DNA of 62,464 bases, the filler included, from an uncultured Ignavibacteriales bacterium (lineage in GTDB: Bacteria; Zixibacteria; MSB-5A5; GN15; JAAZOE01), in the NCBI GenBank assembly GCA_964611355.1. It is 10 parts of 10 records of this genome, joined end to end, with 100 filler letters (N's around TTAATTAATTAA, not from the genome) between each part and the next. Parts side by side here need not be neighbours in the genome. Positions count along the whole stretch, not along the records: positions 16,776 to 23,895 come from CAZSYD010000079.1; positions 23,996 to 30,328 come from CAZSYD010000080.1; positions 30,429 to 36,322 come from CAZSYD010000081.1; 7 more parts are not named here. One strand, given 5' to 3'. Shown here piece after piece: positions 21,643 to 30,577 of the stretch. The position numbers and the translations under genes are program-made. Below the pieces are notes generated by a model. The model was not told where the DNA came from. It saw only the letters and a program-made list of their open reading frames with translations, and searched no databases. Position 1 is the first letter of the stretch; each line of letters starts with the position of its first letter.

Positions 21643-22176
21643 TTATTTGACCAGTTCAAAATCAATAAAGTCGGCGTGATGAAAAATGATACTCTCCGGG
21701 AGTCGCTTTTCACCGGCCCCTTCCTTGGAGTGCGTGGCAATGATATGCATCACCTGCGACGGCAGGCCGTGCTTGAACGCCAGCCCGACTCCGGAAAACG
21801 GATGTCGGATATGCCTGCCGAAATCGGACTTCTTTGGCTTGCCGCCGATAATCTCATACTCGCACAATTTGCCCACGTCGGCCAGAAGCGCCCCGGCGAT
21901 AAGGTAATCGCGGTTGACCGGCGTTTTATTCGCGCCGTGAATTTCACTTAATACGTCGTCGCAGGCGATGCACATTCGGCAGACGGCCCGGACATGATCG
22001 ATAAAAGTAATTTTTACGTTTTCGGCCAGAAGGGTAAACGGCATCGAACGCAAAAGTTCTTCGGTCCAGCCGCGGAAATCAATCGCCTCTTCCCAGCAGG
22101 CGATGACCTTATCCCGTAAAGAATTATCTTTGATTTCATCAACTTCCGGCAGGAGCCTTTTAATCATATCTTTCAT
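21643..22176 (-). CDS. HDIG/HD-domain metalloprotein (HD motif reads AD)
   Basis: H..AV, LLADVGK, RHPFSG, IATHS and HHADF motifs. Confidence 0.75.
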   Translation of the reverse strand: MKDMIKRLLPEVDEIKDNSLRDKVIACWEEAIDFRGWTEELLRSMPFTLLAENVKITFIDHVRAVCRMCIACDDVLSEIHGANKTPVNRDYLIAGALLADVGKLCEYEIIGGKPKKSDFGRHIRHPFSGVGLAFKHGLPSQVMHIIATHSKEGAGEKRLPESIIFHHADFIDFELVK

Positions 22177-22340
22177 AAGACCTCACTCAACGCGGGGAAA
22201 TACTGCTCATCAGGAAAGGGAAAATAGAACGGAAAGCATCATTTGTCAACCTGATACGGCAAAGCATTTGGGGTTGACATCGGGGCGACTTTTCTCGATT
22301 ATATGATGGAATATATTCAGCCGGAGTAAAGGATATTATC

Positions 22341-22607
22341 GTGCCGATAAGTAAAGAAATGCTGGAGATTCTCTGTTGTCCGGTGACCAGGGTACCCTTC
22401 GGGATACTGCCGGACAACAAGCTGCAGTTAATAAACGACCGGATTAAAAACGGAACCGTCAAGGACGCGGAAGGAAACCTCGTCGATCAACCATTGCAGG
22501 AAGCGCTGATTACAAAAGATAACAAAACCGTTTACCGAATCGATGAGAGTATTCCGGTTATGCTGGCCGAAAGCGGTATTCCAACCGAACAGATCGAAGG
22601 ATTTTAA
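22341..22607 (+). CDS. Trm112-like protein
   Basis: LEILCCPVT...YRIDESIPVML; TTGACA at 22274 upstream. Confidence 0.8.
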   Translation: MPISKEMLEILCCPVTRVPFGILPDNKLQLINDRIKNGTVKDAEGNLVDQPLQEALITKDNKTVYRIDESIPVMLAESGIPTEQIEGF

Positions 22608-22612
22608 TCAAA

Positions 22613-22631
22613 GGCAACCGAACAGGTTGCC
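22613..22631. terminator. Hairpin between convergent genes (possible terminator)
   Basis: GGCAACC-GAACA-GGTTGCC; no clear U tract. Confidence 0.4.
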
Positions 22632-22660
22632 GCTATCTCTTCCTGTTCCTTTGAGTCGGT

Positions 22661-23320
22661 CTATTGCACCAGTTCAAGACTACCCATAGAAGATTCGAAT
22701 AATTTAACCAGTTCCGGGTATTGTTCACGCGGAGTAAAATAGGTCAGCTCGGCTGCATTGCCGGTTTCCGACAGACAGAGAAGCTGTGCCCTGACAATAA
22801 CAGCGTCAGAAACAAAAAAGTTCTTTACGAGGACGTCGCTAGCCCAATAGTCATTTTGCCGAACATTCCCCTGCCCGAAAATATCATATAGTTTCTGGCG
22901 ATAACGTTCGATAAAACCGGTCGTATCGACGCCCAGATTTATCCCCTTAATAGTGGAGACCATCAATCCGGCGGTATGAACCGTATCCAGAAAACATTCG
23001 ACCATTTCCACGCCGGTTTGATCGCCCAGATTCCGGGCCAGTTGCGCCCGGAGCATCTCCAGCACCGTATCGGCCGCCGCTTCAAACCCGACCGGCGGAC
23101 GGAAGCTTTTGTCGGTATTGGGGATTTGATAGACTTCGCCGAGAAGGGAATCGACTGCTACAAACGGTTTCGTCCGTGAACTTTCTTTTTTCTCCGGCGA
23201 ATCACAGCCAACAGAGAATACCACCGCCGGAATAATCATCAAGGTTATAGCTACTTTTAACTTCAATTTCGTCCTTATGACCAAACACATCAATACTATT
23301 TGAGTATAAATAATAATCAA
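22661..23320 (-). CDS. Hypothetical lipoprotein
   Basis: Hydrophobic stretch ending in a lipobox-like SVGC; start uncertain. Confidence 0.6.
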   Translation of the reverse strand: MIIIYTQIVLMCLVIRTKLKLKVAITLMIIPAVVFSVGCDSPEKKESSRTKPFVAVDSLLGEVYQIPNTDKSFRPPVGFEAAADTVLEMLRAQLARNLGDQTGVEMVECFLDTVHTAGLMVSTIKGINLGVDTTGFIERYRQKLYDIFGQGNVRQNDYWASDVLVKNFFVSDAVIVRAQLLCLSETGNAAELTYFTPREQYPELVKLFESSMGSLELVQ

Positions 23321-23339
23321 CTTTCAATTTAGACGCAAC

Positions 23340-23371
23340 AAAAAACCCCCGCTCGCGAAAGCGGGGGTTTT
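23340..23371 (-). terminator. rRNA operon terminator
   Basis: AAAACCCCCGC-loop-GCGGGGGTTTT directly downstream of 5S. Confidence 0.85.
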
Positions 23372-23378
23372 ACTTAAT

Positions 23379-23495
23379 GCCGGCAACGTTCTACTCTCCC
23401 GCACAGTCTCCCATGTAGTACCATCGACGCAGAAGGGCTTAACTGCTGTGTTCGGAATGGGAACAGGTGTTTCCCCTTCGCCATAGTCACCGACA
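23379..23495 (-). rRNA. rrf: 5S rRNA
   Basis: Reverse complement contains CCTGTTCCCATTCCGAACACAGCAGTTAAG and GGGAGAGTAG. Confidence 0.95.
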
Positions 23496-23562
23496 ATTAT
23501 TTATAAACGACATATTGTCGCAAGGCGGCAAAGATCTTCTCCGGTCGAAGTGAAAAATTTTA

Positions 23563-23895
23563 TGATCAAGTCGCACGGACGATTAGTATCACTCGACTGA
23601 GCGCCTCGCAGCGCTTACATCTGTGACCTATCAACCTGGTGGTCTTCCAGGGTCCTTCAGAGACTTAAAAGTCTGGGATACCTCATCTTGGGGTGGGCTT
23701 GGCACTTAGATGCTTTCAGCGCTTATCCCTTCCCGACGCAGCTACCCTGCGGTGCCACTGGCGTGACAACAGGTGCACCGGCGGTCGGTCCAACCCGGTC
23801 CTCTCGTACTAAGGTCAGCTCCCCTCAAGTATCCTGCGGTCGTATCAGATAGGGACCGAACTGTCTCACGACGTTCTAAACCCAGCTCACGTACC
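23563..23895 (-). rRNA. rrl: 23S rRNA, 3' end (partial)
   Basis: Sarcin-ricin loop AGTACGAGAGGACC and GAACGTCGTGAGACAGTTCGGTC on the minus strand. Confidence 0.97.
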
Positions 23896-23995
23896 NNNNN
23901 NNNNNNNNNNNNNNNNNNNNNNNNNNNNNNNNNNNNNNNTTAATTAATTAANNNNNNNNNNNNNNNNNNNNNNNNNNNNNNNNNNNNNNNNNNNN
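23896..23995. other. Artificial contig spacer
   Basis: N-TTAATTAATTAA-N, 100 nt. Confidence 0.97.
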
Positions 23996-24064
23996 GGCCG
24001 GGTGCGGGAATCGCACCTCTCGATAATCGAGACGCACGGTCTTTAGTAAAAAAAGTGGGTATTA

Positions 24065-24781
24065 ATGAAAATTCTTCAACTGCATCCATGGCCAACCGAT
24101 CAGAACGAAGCCGTCCTGATTCAAAATCGGTTCAAAAAGGAAATCACGGTCGAAGGCGCGCTTGACGGCGTCGGGCTGGTGGCCGGCGCCGATACTGCTT
24201 TTAATCATCTTACCAATACCTTGTTCGCGGCCGTCTGCCTGTTTACTTATCCCGACGTTCAGCAGATCGATACGGCCATCGCTTCGGCTGAGGCTAAATT
24301 CCCCTATGTGCCGGGTCTGCATGTTTTTCGCGAGGGACCGGTTATTCTGAAAGCTTTTGCCAGACTGGAGACCCGGCCGGACGTGGTTATCATCGCCGGT
24401 CACGGTATAGCTCATCCCCGCCGTTTTGGCATGGCCAGCCACCTCGGGTTGATTCTCGATATTCCATCGGTCGGATGCGCCCGAAAAAAACTGGTCGGTC
24501 AGCATCAGGAGTTTGGCTCCGAGGAAGGCGAGTCATCGCCTTTGTATATGGGGAACGGTAAGACGGGCCTGGTATATCGCAGCCGGGGCAACGTCAAGCC
24601 GATCTTTATTTCGCCGGGTCATAAATGCGCCCCGGGCGACGCCTATCGATTGGTAATCGGTTGTCTTCGCGGTTACCGAATGCCGGAGCCGCTGCGGTCG
24701 GCTCATATTCTGGCCGGTCGAATAAAACGAGGGGCGCGCAAAAATGAAGCCGAGTATAAACAGTCGGGAGGGGGCGTTTGA
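24065..24781 (+). CDS. nfi: Endonuclease V (catalytic Asp of the DGxG motif replaced by Ala)
   Basis: GAD, FPYVPG..FRE, GHGIAHPRRFG.ASHLG, KPIFISPGH and RMPEP motifs. Confidence 0.92.
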   Translation: MKILQLHPWPTDQNEAVLIQNRFKKEITVEGALDGVGLVAGADTAFNHLTNTLFAAVCLFTYPDVQQIDTAIASAEAKFPYVPGLHVFREGPVILKAFARLETRPDVVIIAGHGIAHPRRFGMASHLGLILDIPSVGCARKKLVGQHQEFGSEEGESSPLYMGNGKTGLVYRSRGNVKPIFISPGHKCAPGDAYRLVIGCLRGYRMPEPLRSAHILAGRIKRGARKNEAEYKQSGGGV

Positions 24782-26325
24782 ATCGGGTTTTTCCTCATTC
24801 TCCGGCACGCCACAAAACGGCTATTCTCAGTTTTGCCGTTATAATCCTTATTGTCTCGGCCATATCTCCGGTAACCGCCGAAATTATACCAAAGCAAGCC
24901 GTCTCATGGACGGATTTTTCTCACATTACCTGCATAGCCGTTAGTTCGGATTTCGCCTATTTCGGAACCACCGAGGGAATTCTGCGCTATCATCGTTTCG
25001 ACAAAAAGTGGTACGAACCGATAACCGTTTCGGACGGCCTGCCGGGGCGCATGATAAGCCGTATTGCTGTTCCGATGGATGATGACTGGATTACGGTCGA
25101 AACCGAAAACGGCACATACAATTATCAAAGCGGTGCGCAGTACTGGTACCTGGAAACTGAATTCCCGGCGCAATACGCGCAGGATTCCCGTCCTCAGTTG
25201 CCGCTTCCCGATCTGTTCATGCCGTTCGGGTACCGGATGGATCCCAAAGGTTATTTTTCCGACAATTTTTTTCGCGACTGGCAGATCACTGCTTTTCTTG
25301 ACGATCAATACAACACCATCTTTATCGGTACCTGGGGGCTGGGGCCTCTGAAATCGGATATTCGCGATTTCCAGGCCGAGTTGATTCCCTGCGGTCTTCT
25401 GCAAAAACGAACCGACGCCATATATATCGAGGGCGACTCTATCTGGCTGGCCGGCGGCCAGGGGCAGACGCAGCCTCAGTACGGCAACGTTCGCTGCGGT
25501 GTTACGCTCTGCGAAAGGTCCGAACAAAAATTCAGCTATATCGAGCCGCGTTATATTCCGGGATTTGATTCGGAGGTCATATACGATATCGCCGCTGACG
25601 AAAAAAATATCTATTTCGCCGGACAGCACGGCCTGACCGTCCATCCCCGCAAAGGCGACCATTACTTTACGATGCGAAGTGGAGACGGCCTGCCCGATAA
25701 TCAAACCACGGCTTTGGCAGTCGCCGGAGATTCCGTCTGGATAGGCACGGCTCGCGGCGTGGCCTTTTATAATCCGTCGGCCGACACCGTGCTGGTGATC
25801 GGAAAGAAAACACTTGGCAATCTATTCGTTACCAATCTGGAACTGGTCGAAGGGAAGCTCATTATAGGCTCCACCGAAGGAACTTTCTACATTGATACGC
25901 GGGCTAAAAAGGTAGGCCGCCTGAAAGAAAGCGAATCGCTCAATAAATCGAAAAAGGCAAAAGACCCGTTTGGTATTCTTGGAGGCGAGATAAGCCATTT
26001 GAGCGTGTTCGGCGATATGCTCTACGTATCATCGAATCGGGGGTTGATTGCCGTTGATCTGGCGACGGAAAAAATCAAACCGGAACTGCAACTGAACGAG
26101 CCGGTGTATGCCGCTGCGGCCAACGAGAATTATATCGCGGCCGCCGTCGAGGACGGCCTTATACTGGTGGAACGCAAATCCGGCAGGCGGCGCAAGTTTA
26201 CCGAAGAAGACGGTTTGCTTTCGGTTAATATCAATGCCATCGTACCGGACGGCGATTATCTCTGGCTCGGCTCCGACGAAGGCCTGACTCGCTTCAAATG
26301 GGTCAATCCCGAACGGGTAGATTGA
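24778..26325 (+). CDS. Secreted beta-propeller repeat protein (two-component regulator propeller-like)
   Basis: Signal peptide; repeated DGL, WIGT..G and WLGS..GL blades. Confidence 0.65.
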   Translation: MNRVFPHSPARHKTAILSFAVIILIVSAISPVTAEIIPKQAVSWTDFSHITCIAVSSDFAYFGTTEGILRYHRFDKKWYEPITVSDGLPGRMISRIAVPMDDDWITVETENGTYNYQSGAQYWYLETEFPAQYAQDSRPQLPLPDLFMPFGYRMDPKGYFSDNFFRDWQITAFLDDQYNTIFIGTWGLGPLKSDIRDFQAELIPCGLLQKRTDAIYIEGDSIWLAGGQGQTQPQYGNVRCGVTLCERSEQKFSYIEPRYIPGFDSEVIYDIAADEKNIYFAGQHGLTVHPRKGDHYFTMRSGDGLPDNQTTALAVAGDSVWIGTARGVAFYNPSADTVLVIGKKTLGNLFVTNLELVEGKLIIGSTEGTFYIDTRAKKVGRLKESESLNKSKKAKDPFGILGGEISHLSVFGDMLYVSSNRGLIAVDLATEKIKPELQLNEPVYAAAANENYIAAAVEDGLILVERKSGRRRKFTEEDGLLSVNINAIVPDGDYLWLGSDEGLTRFKWVNPERVD

Positions 26326-26679
26326 TCAGCCTCTTTGATTCGCATTCTTGTTCCGCCGTCATGCTTAATCCTAATCTGTCAATAGCGTTTCATAATTCCG
26401 TATTGGTGATATTTCATTTCTCTTAAAAAGATAAAAATCTTCTTTATCTTCCTTCAAAATCTCATATATTAAACCGACAATTGAAAAAAAGACGCAACAC
26501 CCCGCCCCGATTTCGGGGACGGGGATTTTGGCGTTTGAGCGAAATGGCAGGCAAGACTATATCAATAGCAACTTGTTGGGCAAAGAAAAGAATTATATAC
26601 GCAAAGCTGTCGTTGCGAGGTCGCCGGAGGTATCGAAGCAATTCTTATCCCAACCCATAATCAAACAAAGGATGTCTTT

Positions 26680-29600
26680 ATGCCGGACAGGCCACTACCG
26701 CACAAAATCAAAGAGCTCTTCTCCGAATCGGTTTCATTTAAGGCTCTCTGCAAAAGGCTTGATGGTGAATTTGAATCTCAACGACAGGAAGAAGAGCAAT
26801 CATCATACAAGCCCGTAACAACCGGCGGCCTTGTTGGCGGGGCGTCCGCTTTTCTTCTGGCGGCGCTTTTTGATCGGTATAATGGAAATATCCTCTTTGT
26901 AACTTCCAATTTCGATGAGGGCCAGAACCTCACCGACGACCTGATTAATATCATCGGCGTAGAGTCTGTCTATCTTTTTCCCAATCGCCAGACGCCGCCT
27001 TATGAGTTTCGTTCGCCCACGGGTGAAATAACCGGACGACGGCTGGCCGCGCTGGCGGCTTTATGTTCATCGAAAAAGAAAATCGTTGTTGTTCCAATAC
27101 AGGCTGTTATGGAACCGACCATGACTCGTGAGATGTTTATAAACGAGTCGCTTCATCTTTCCGTCGGTCAGGAAGTCAATCCCGAAGATTTGACGAGTAA
27201 ACTAATCGCCCTTGGCTTTAGCCGGGTGGCGGCGGTCGAAGAGGTGGGTGATTTCGTTGTTCGCGGCGGTTTGATTGATTTCTTTTCGCCTGCCGGCGAA
27301 TACCCTGTTCGGGCCGAGTTTTTCGGTGATGAGATCGAATCGCTGCGTCATTTCGACGTGCGCGACCAGCGTACAATCGAGCGGCTGGACGAAATCGATC
27401 TGCTTCCCCGCCGCGAAGTACCGATACGGTCGGAAACAATCGAAGGTTATCTGGATCATCTCGCCAAAAAAGACGCCGATCTGGTGCGCGCCCGCTTTAT
27501 ATGCGAGCCCGGACTACCCGGTCTGGAATGGCTGGCGGCCGGATTTGGTTTACCGCAGGGTTCGCTTCTCGATTATTTATTACCGGGGGACATAGTCGTT
27601 CTTGACGGCGGAAAGGGACTTCTTGAAGAGATGCGCGGGCATTACGATGATGGTAAGCGTCTCTTCGAACGGGCAACGGCCCGTTTCGTATCTCCGCCGC
27701 CGGTCGAAAAATATTATTTTTATCCCGACAGGCAGTTTGAAAAGCTTTCATCGTTTATTCATCTCGATATACGGCCGTTCCGGTCCAGGCGTGAAAACCA
27801 GGTCGATTTCGGCTGCCGGGACCATCCTTCCGTCGGCAGCAGGCTCGATTTCCTCTCCGAGATTACCTCCGATTTTGCGGCGAATAATTATCTGACAATA
27901 ATCACCTGCGACAACAAGGGTCAGGCTTTGCGGCTCGGCGAGATTCTCGCGGAAAGAGAAATCAATGTTCCGATCGAAGTGTTTCATATTCACGCGGGAT
28001 TCATCTCGGACAATCTGAAGATCGCCCTCTTGACCGACCACCAGATATTTTCGCGCCGGTTCCGGAGGATCAGGCGCCGACGTTATCGCGAGGGGGTGGC
28101 GCTGTCGTCCTATCATAATCTCAATCCGGGCGATATCGTCGTTCATGCCGATCATGGTTTGGCCCGTTACACGCGGCTGGAGCCCATCACGGTCGATGGA
28201 AGGGTGCGCGACTGCCTGCTTTTGATCTATCGTGAAGGCGACAAGCTGTACGTCCCAATTGAGGAGTTCAATCGCGTTTCCAGGTATGCCGGTAAGGATT
28301 CGCCGCCTCGTCTGACAAGCCTGGGCAGTCCGTCGTGGGAGAAGTTGAAAAAGAAAACCAAAAAAGCTCTCGCCGATATGGCCGCCGATCTTGTAAAACT
28401 CTACGCTGAGCGGAAAATGCGCTCAGGATACCAGTTCTCTTCCGATACCGTCTGGCAGCATCAGATGGAAGCCTCGTTTGATTACGAGGAAACGCCCGAC
28501 CAGTTAAAGGCGATAAATGATGTCAAACAGGATATGGAAAACCCCACACCGGCTGACCGGCTGGTGTGCGGCGACGTCGGTTACGGTAAAACCGAAGTGG
28601 CCGTGCGAGCGGCGTTCAAGGCGGTCGAGAACGGCAAGCAGGTGGCGGTGCTGGCGCCGACCACTATTCTGGTGCAACAGCATTTCAGCACTTTCTCGGC
28701 AAGAATTAAAGAGTTTCCGATACGAATCGGAATGCTTTCCCGTTTCAAAACAAGAAAAGAACAGAAGGCAATCGTTGAACAACTTGCTGAAGGGAAAATC
28801 GATATTGTCATCGGTACCCATCGTCTTTTTTCCAAAGACATCAACTTTGCCGATCTCGGCCTGCTGATTGTGGATGAAGAACAGCGCTTCGGCGTGGCGC
28901 ACAAGGAAAAACTCCGTCAGCTTAAAAAGACGGTCGATACTATTACCATGACGGCCACGCCTATTCCCCGAACGCTGCAGCTCTCGCTTATGGGGGCGCG
29001 CGATATGACTCTCATAGCCACCTCGCCGCGCGACCGCCTGCCGATCTACACCGAGATAGCGGAATTCAACCCGGAAGTAATCGCCGAAGCGATTCTGCGC
29101 GAAATTGATCGCGACGGCCAGGTTTTCTTTGTCCACAACCGGGTGCAGTCGATTGACGCCATATACCGTTTTCTCAAGAAGCTTCTTCCACAGGTGGAAA
29201 TCGGCATCGCTCACGGGCAGATGCATGAAAGGGAACTGGAAGGAGTAATGCTGGCCTTTCTGGCCGGACGATACCAGGTTCTCTTAAGCACCGCCATTAT
29301 CGAGTCTGGGCTGGATATTCCTTCGGTCAACACCATCATCATCAACCGCGCCGACCGCTTCGGCCTGGCGCAACTGTACCAGCTTCGCGGCCGGGTGGGC
29401 CGGTCCGCACGCCGCGCCTATGCTTACCTGATGACGCCGTCTTATAAACTGCTCTCCGATGACGCGCGTCAACGGCTCCGGGCTATCGAGGCTCACAGCG
29501 ACCTCGGGTCGGGATTCGCGCTTGCTATGCGCGACCTTGAAATAAGAGGCGCAGGCACCATCCTGGGAGCCAGGCAGTCGGGGTTTATCGGAGAGATCGG

Positions 29601-30144
29601 ATTCGATATGTACACCCGTCTCCTGGAAGAAGCGGTCGCCGAGCTGAAAGGTGAAAAACCTCAGCGTTTGCCCGAAACCAAACTGGAAGGGTCACTTGAT
29701 CTTTTGCTGCCGGATGATTACGTCAATGACAGGCAGCAAAAGGTTGACATCTATCGCCGACTTGCCGACTGCCGGAGGCTGGATGACATCGAGGCTCTCC
29801 GCGAGGAGGTTATCGACCGTTTTGGCCGGATGCCGCGTGAAGCCATCCAGCTCTTTGACGCCGCCGGCCTGCGCCTGACCGCCGCCATTACCGGTGCGGA
29901 AAAAGTTAAAGTCAACCAATTGCGTATCTCGGTAACGTACCCGGCTGCGGCGGAGTTTAACCGCCGCGATATCGAAGCGATTCGCCGGGCTATTGATGCT
30001 CCGATTGAATTTTCCATGACGGGAGGATTCAAATTTACCGTCGATCTTTCCGCCGTCAGAGCCGCCGACCGGCTGGCTTACATGCGTAAGGCGCTTGACC
30101 GAATTGGCGCGGCAAAGTCCGTGGTTGGAGCGGCAACCTCCTAA
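26680..30144 (+). CDS. mfd: Transcription-repair coupling factor
   Basis: UvrB-like N-terminus, CarD-like domain, CGDVGYGKTEVA, DEEQRFG, TATPIPRT, QLRGRVGRS, TRCF domain. Confidence 0.98.
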   Translation: MPDRPLPHKIKELFSESVSFKALCKRLDGEFESQRQEEEQSSYKPVTTGGLVGGASAFLLAALFDRYNGNILFVTSNFDEGQNLTDDLINIIGVESVYLFPNRQTPPYEFRSPTGEITGRRLAALAALCSSKKKIVVVPIQAVMEPTMTREMFINESLHLSVGQEVNPEDLTSKLIALGFSRVAAVEEVGDFVVRGGLIDFFSPAGEYPVRAEFFGDEIESLRHFDVRDQRTIERLDEIDLLPRREVPIRSETIEGYLDHLAKKDADLVRARFICEPGLPGLEWLAAGFGLPQGSLLDYLLPGDIVVLDGGKGLLEEMRGHYDDGKRLFERATARFVSPPPVEKYYFYPDRQFEKLSSFIHLDIRPFRSRRENQVDFGCRDHPSVGSRLDFLSEITSDFAANNYLTIITCDNKGQALRLGEILAEREINVPIEVFHIHAGFISDNLKIALLTDHQIFSRRFRRIRRRRYREGVALSSYHNLNPGDIVVHADHGLARYTRLEPITVDGRVRDCLLLIYREGDKLYVPIEEFNRVSRYAGKDSPPRLTSLGSPSWEKLKKKTKKALADMAADLVKLYAERKMRSGYQFSSDTVWQHQMEASFDYEETPDQLKAINDVKQDMENPTPADRLVCGDVGYGKTEVAVRAAFKAVENGKQVAVLAPTTILVQQHFSTFSARIKEFPIRIGMLSRFKTRKEQKAIVEQLAEGKIDIVIGTHRLFSKDINFADLGLLIVDEEQRFGVAHKEKLRQLKKTVDTITMTATPIPRTLQLSLMGARDMTLIATSPRDRLPIYTEIAEFNPEVIAEAILREIDRDGQVFFVHNRVQSIDAIYRFLKKLLPQVEIGIAHGQMHERELEGVMLAFLAGRYQVLLSTAIIESGLDIPSVNTIIINRADRFGLAQLYQLRGRVGRSARRAYAYLMTPSYKLLSDDARQRLRAIEAHSDLGSGFALAMRDLEIRGAGTILGARQSGFIGEIGFDMYTRLLEEAVAELKGEKPQRLPETKLEGSLDLLLPDDYVNDRQQKVDIYRRLADCRRLDDIEALREEVIDRFGRMPREAIQLFDAAGLRLTAAITGAEKVKVNQLRISVTYPAAAEFNRRDIEAIRRAIDAPIEFSMTGGFKFTVDLSAVRAADRLAYMRKALDRIGAAKSVVGAATS

Positions 30145-30263
30145 TTTCGGCAGGTTTTGGCCCGTCCCGGCGGGGTGTAGCCTGCCGATTCCCTTTGCCA
30201 AGAGCCTGGAACACATAGTATCTATCCCTTTTGTTCTTTGAAGCCGTGTGTCTGCCGGCCTGT

Positions 30264-30303
30264 TAATCATTACGGAAGATTTGGGTTCGTTTTGTCATTA
30301 TTT
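30264..30303 (+). repeat. Dispersed intergenic repeat, copy 3 (short)
   Basis: TAATCATTACGGAAGATTTGGGTTCGTTTTGTCATTATTT versus TAATCATTACCGAAGAAATGGGTTTGTTTCGTCATATTT at 42221. Confidence 0.7.
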
Positions 30304-30328
30304 CGGGGGCCCCAAGTATCATTTCCTT

Positions 30329-30428
30329 NNNNNNNNNNNNNNNNNNNNNNNNNNNNNNNNNNNNNNNNNNNNTTAATTAATTAANNNNNNNNNNNNNNNN
30401 NNNNNNNNNNNNNNNNNNNNNNNNNNNN
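30329..30428. other. Artificial contig spacer
   Basis: N-TTAATTAATTAA-N, 100 nt. Confidence 0.97.
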
Positions 30429-30476
30429 GGAGGTCTGCAAAACCTCTATTCTCCGGTTCGAATCCGGAAGCCGCCT
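30429..30476 (+). tRNA. tRNA-Cys(GCA), 3' two-thirds (cut by contig start)
   Basis: Anticodon arm GAGGT-CTGCAAA-ACCTC, T arm TCCGG-TTCGAAT-CCGGA, 3' acceptor strand. Confidence 0.88.
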
Positions 30477-30577
30477 TTTTTTATTCTCAAAAATTGATTT
30501 ATTTTTCAAGCCGCTTGACATCGCTCGATTTTCGATTAAGTTTGTTGCGGGAAATAACCCGATAAAATGTCTATATT

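Noticed and set aside
26608..26645. TGTCGTTGCGAGG...CGAAGCAAT REP-like sequence
   Set aside because: Only one degenerate copy seen in the window.
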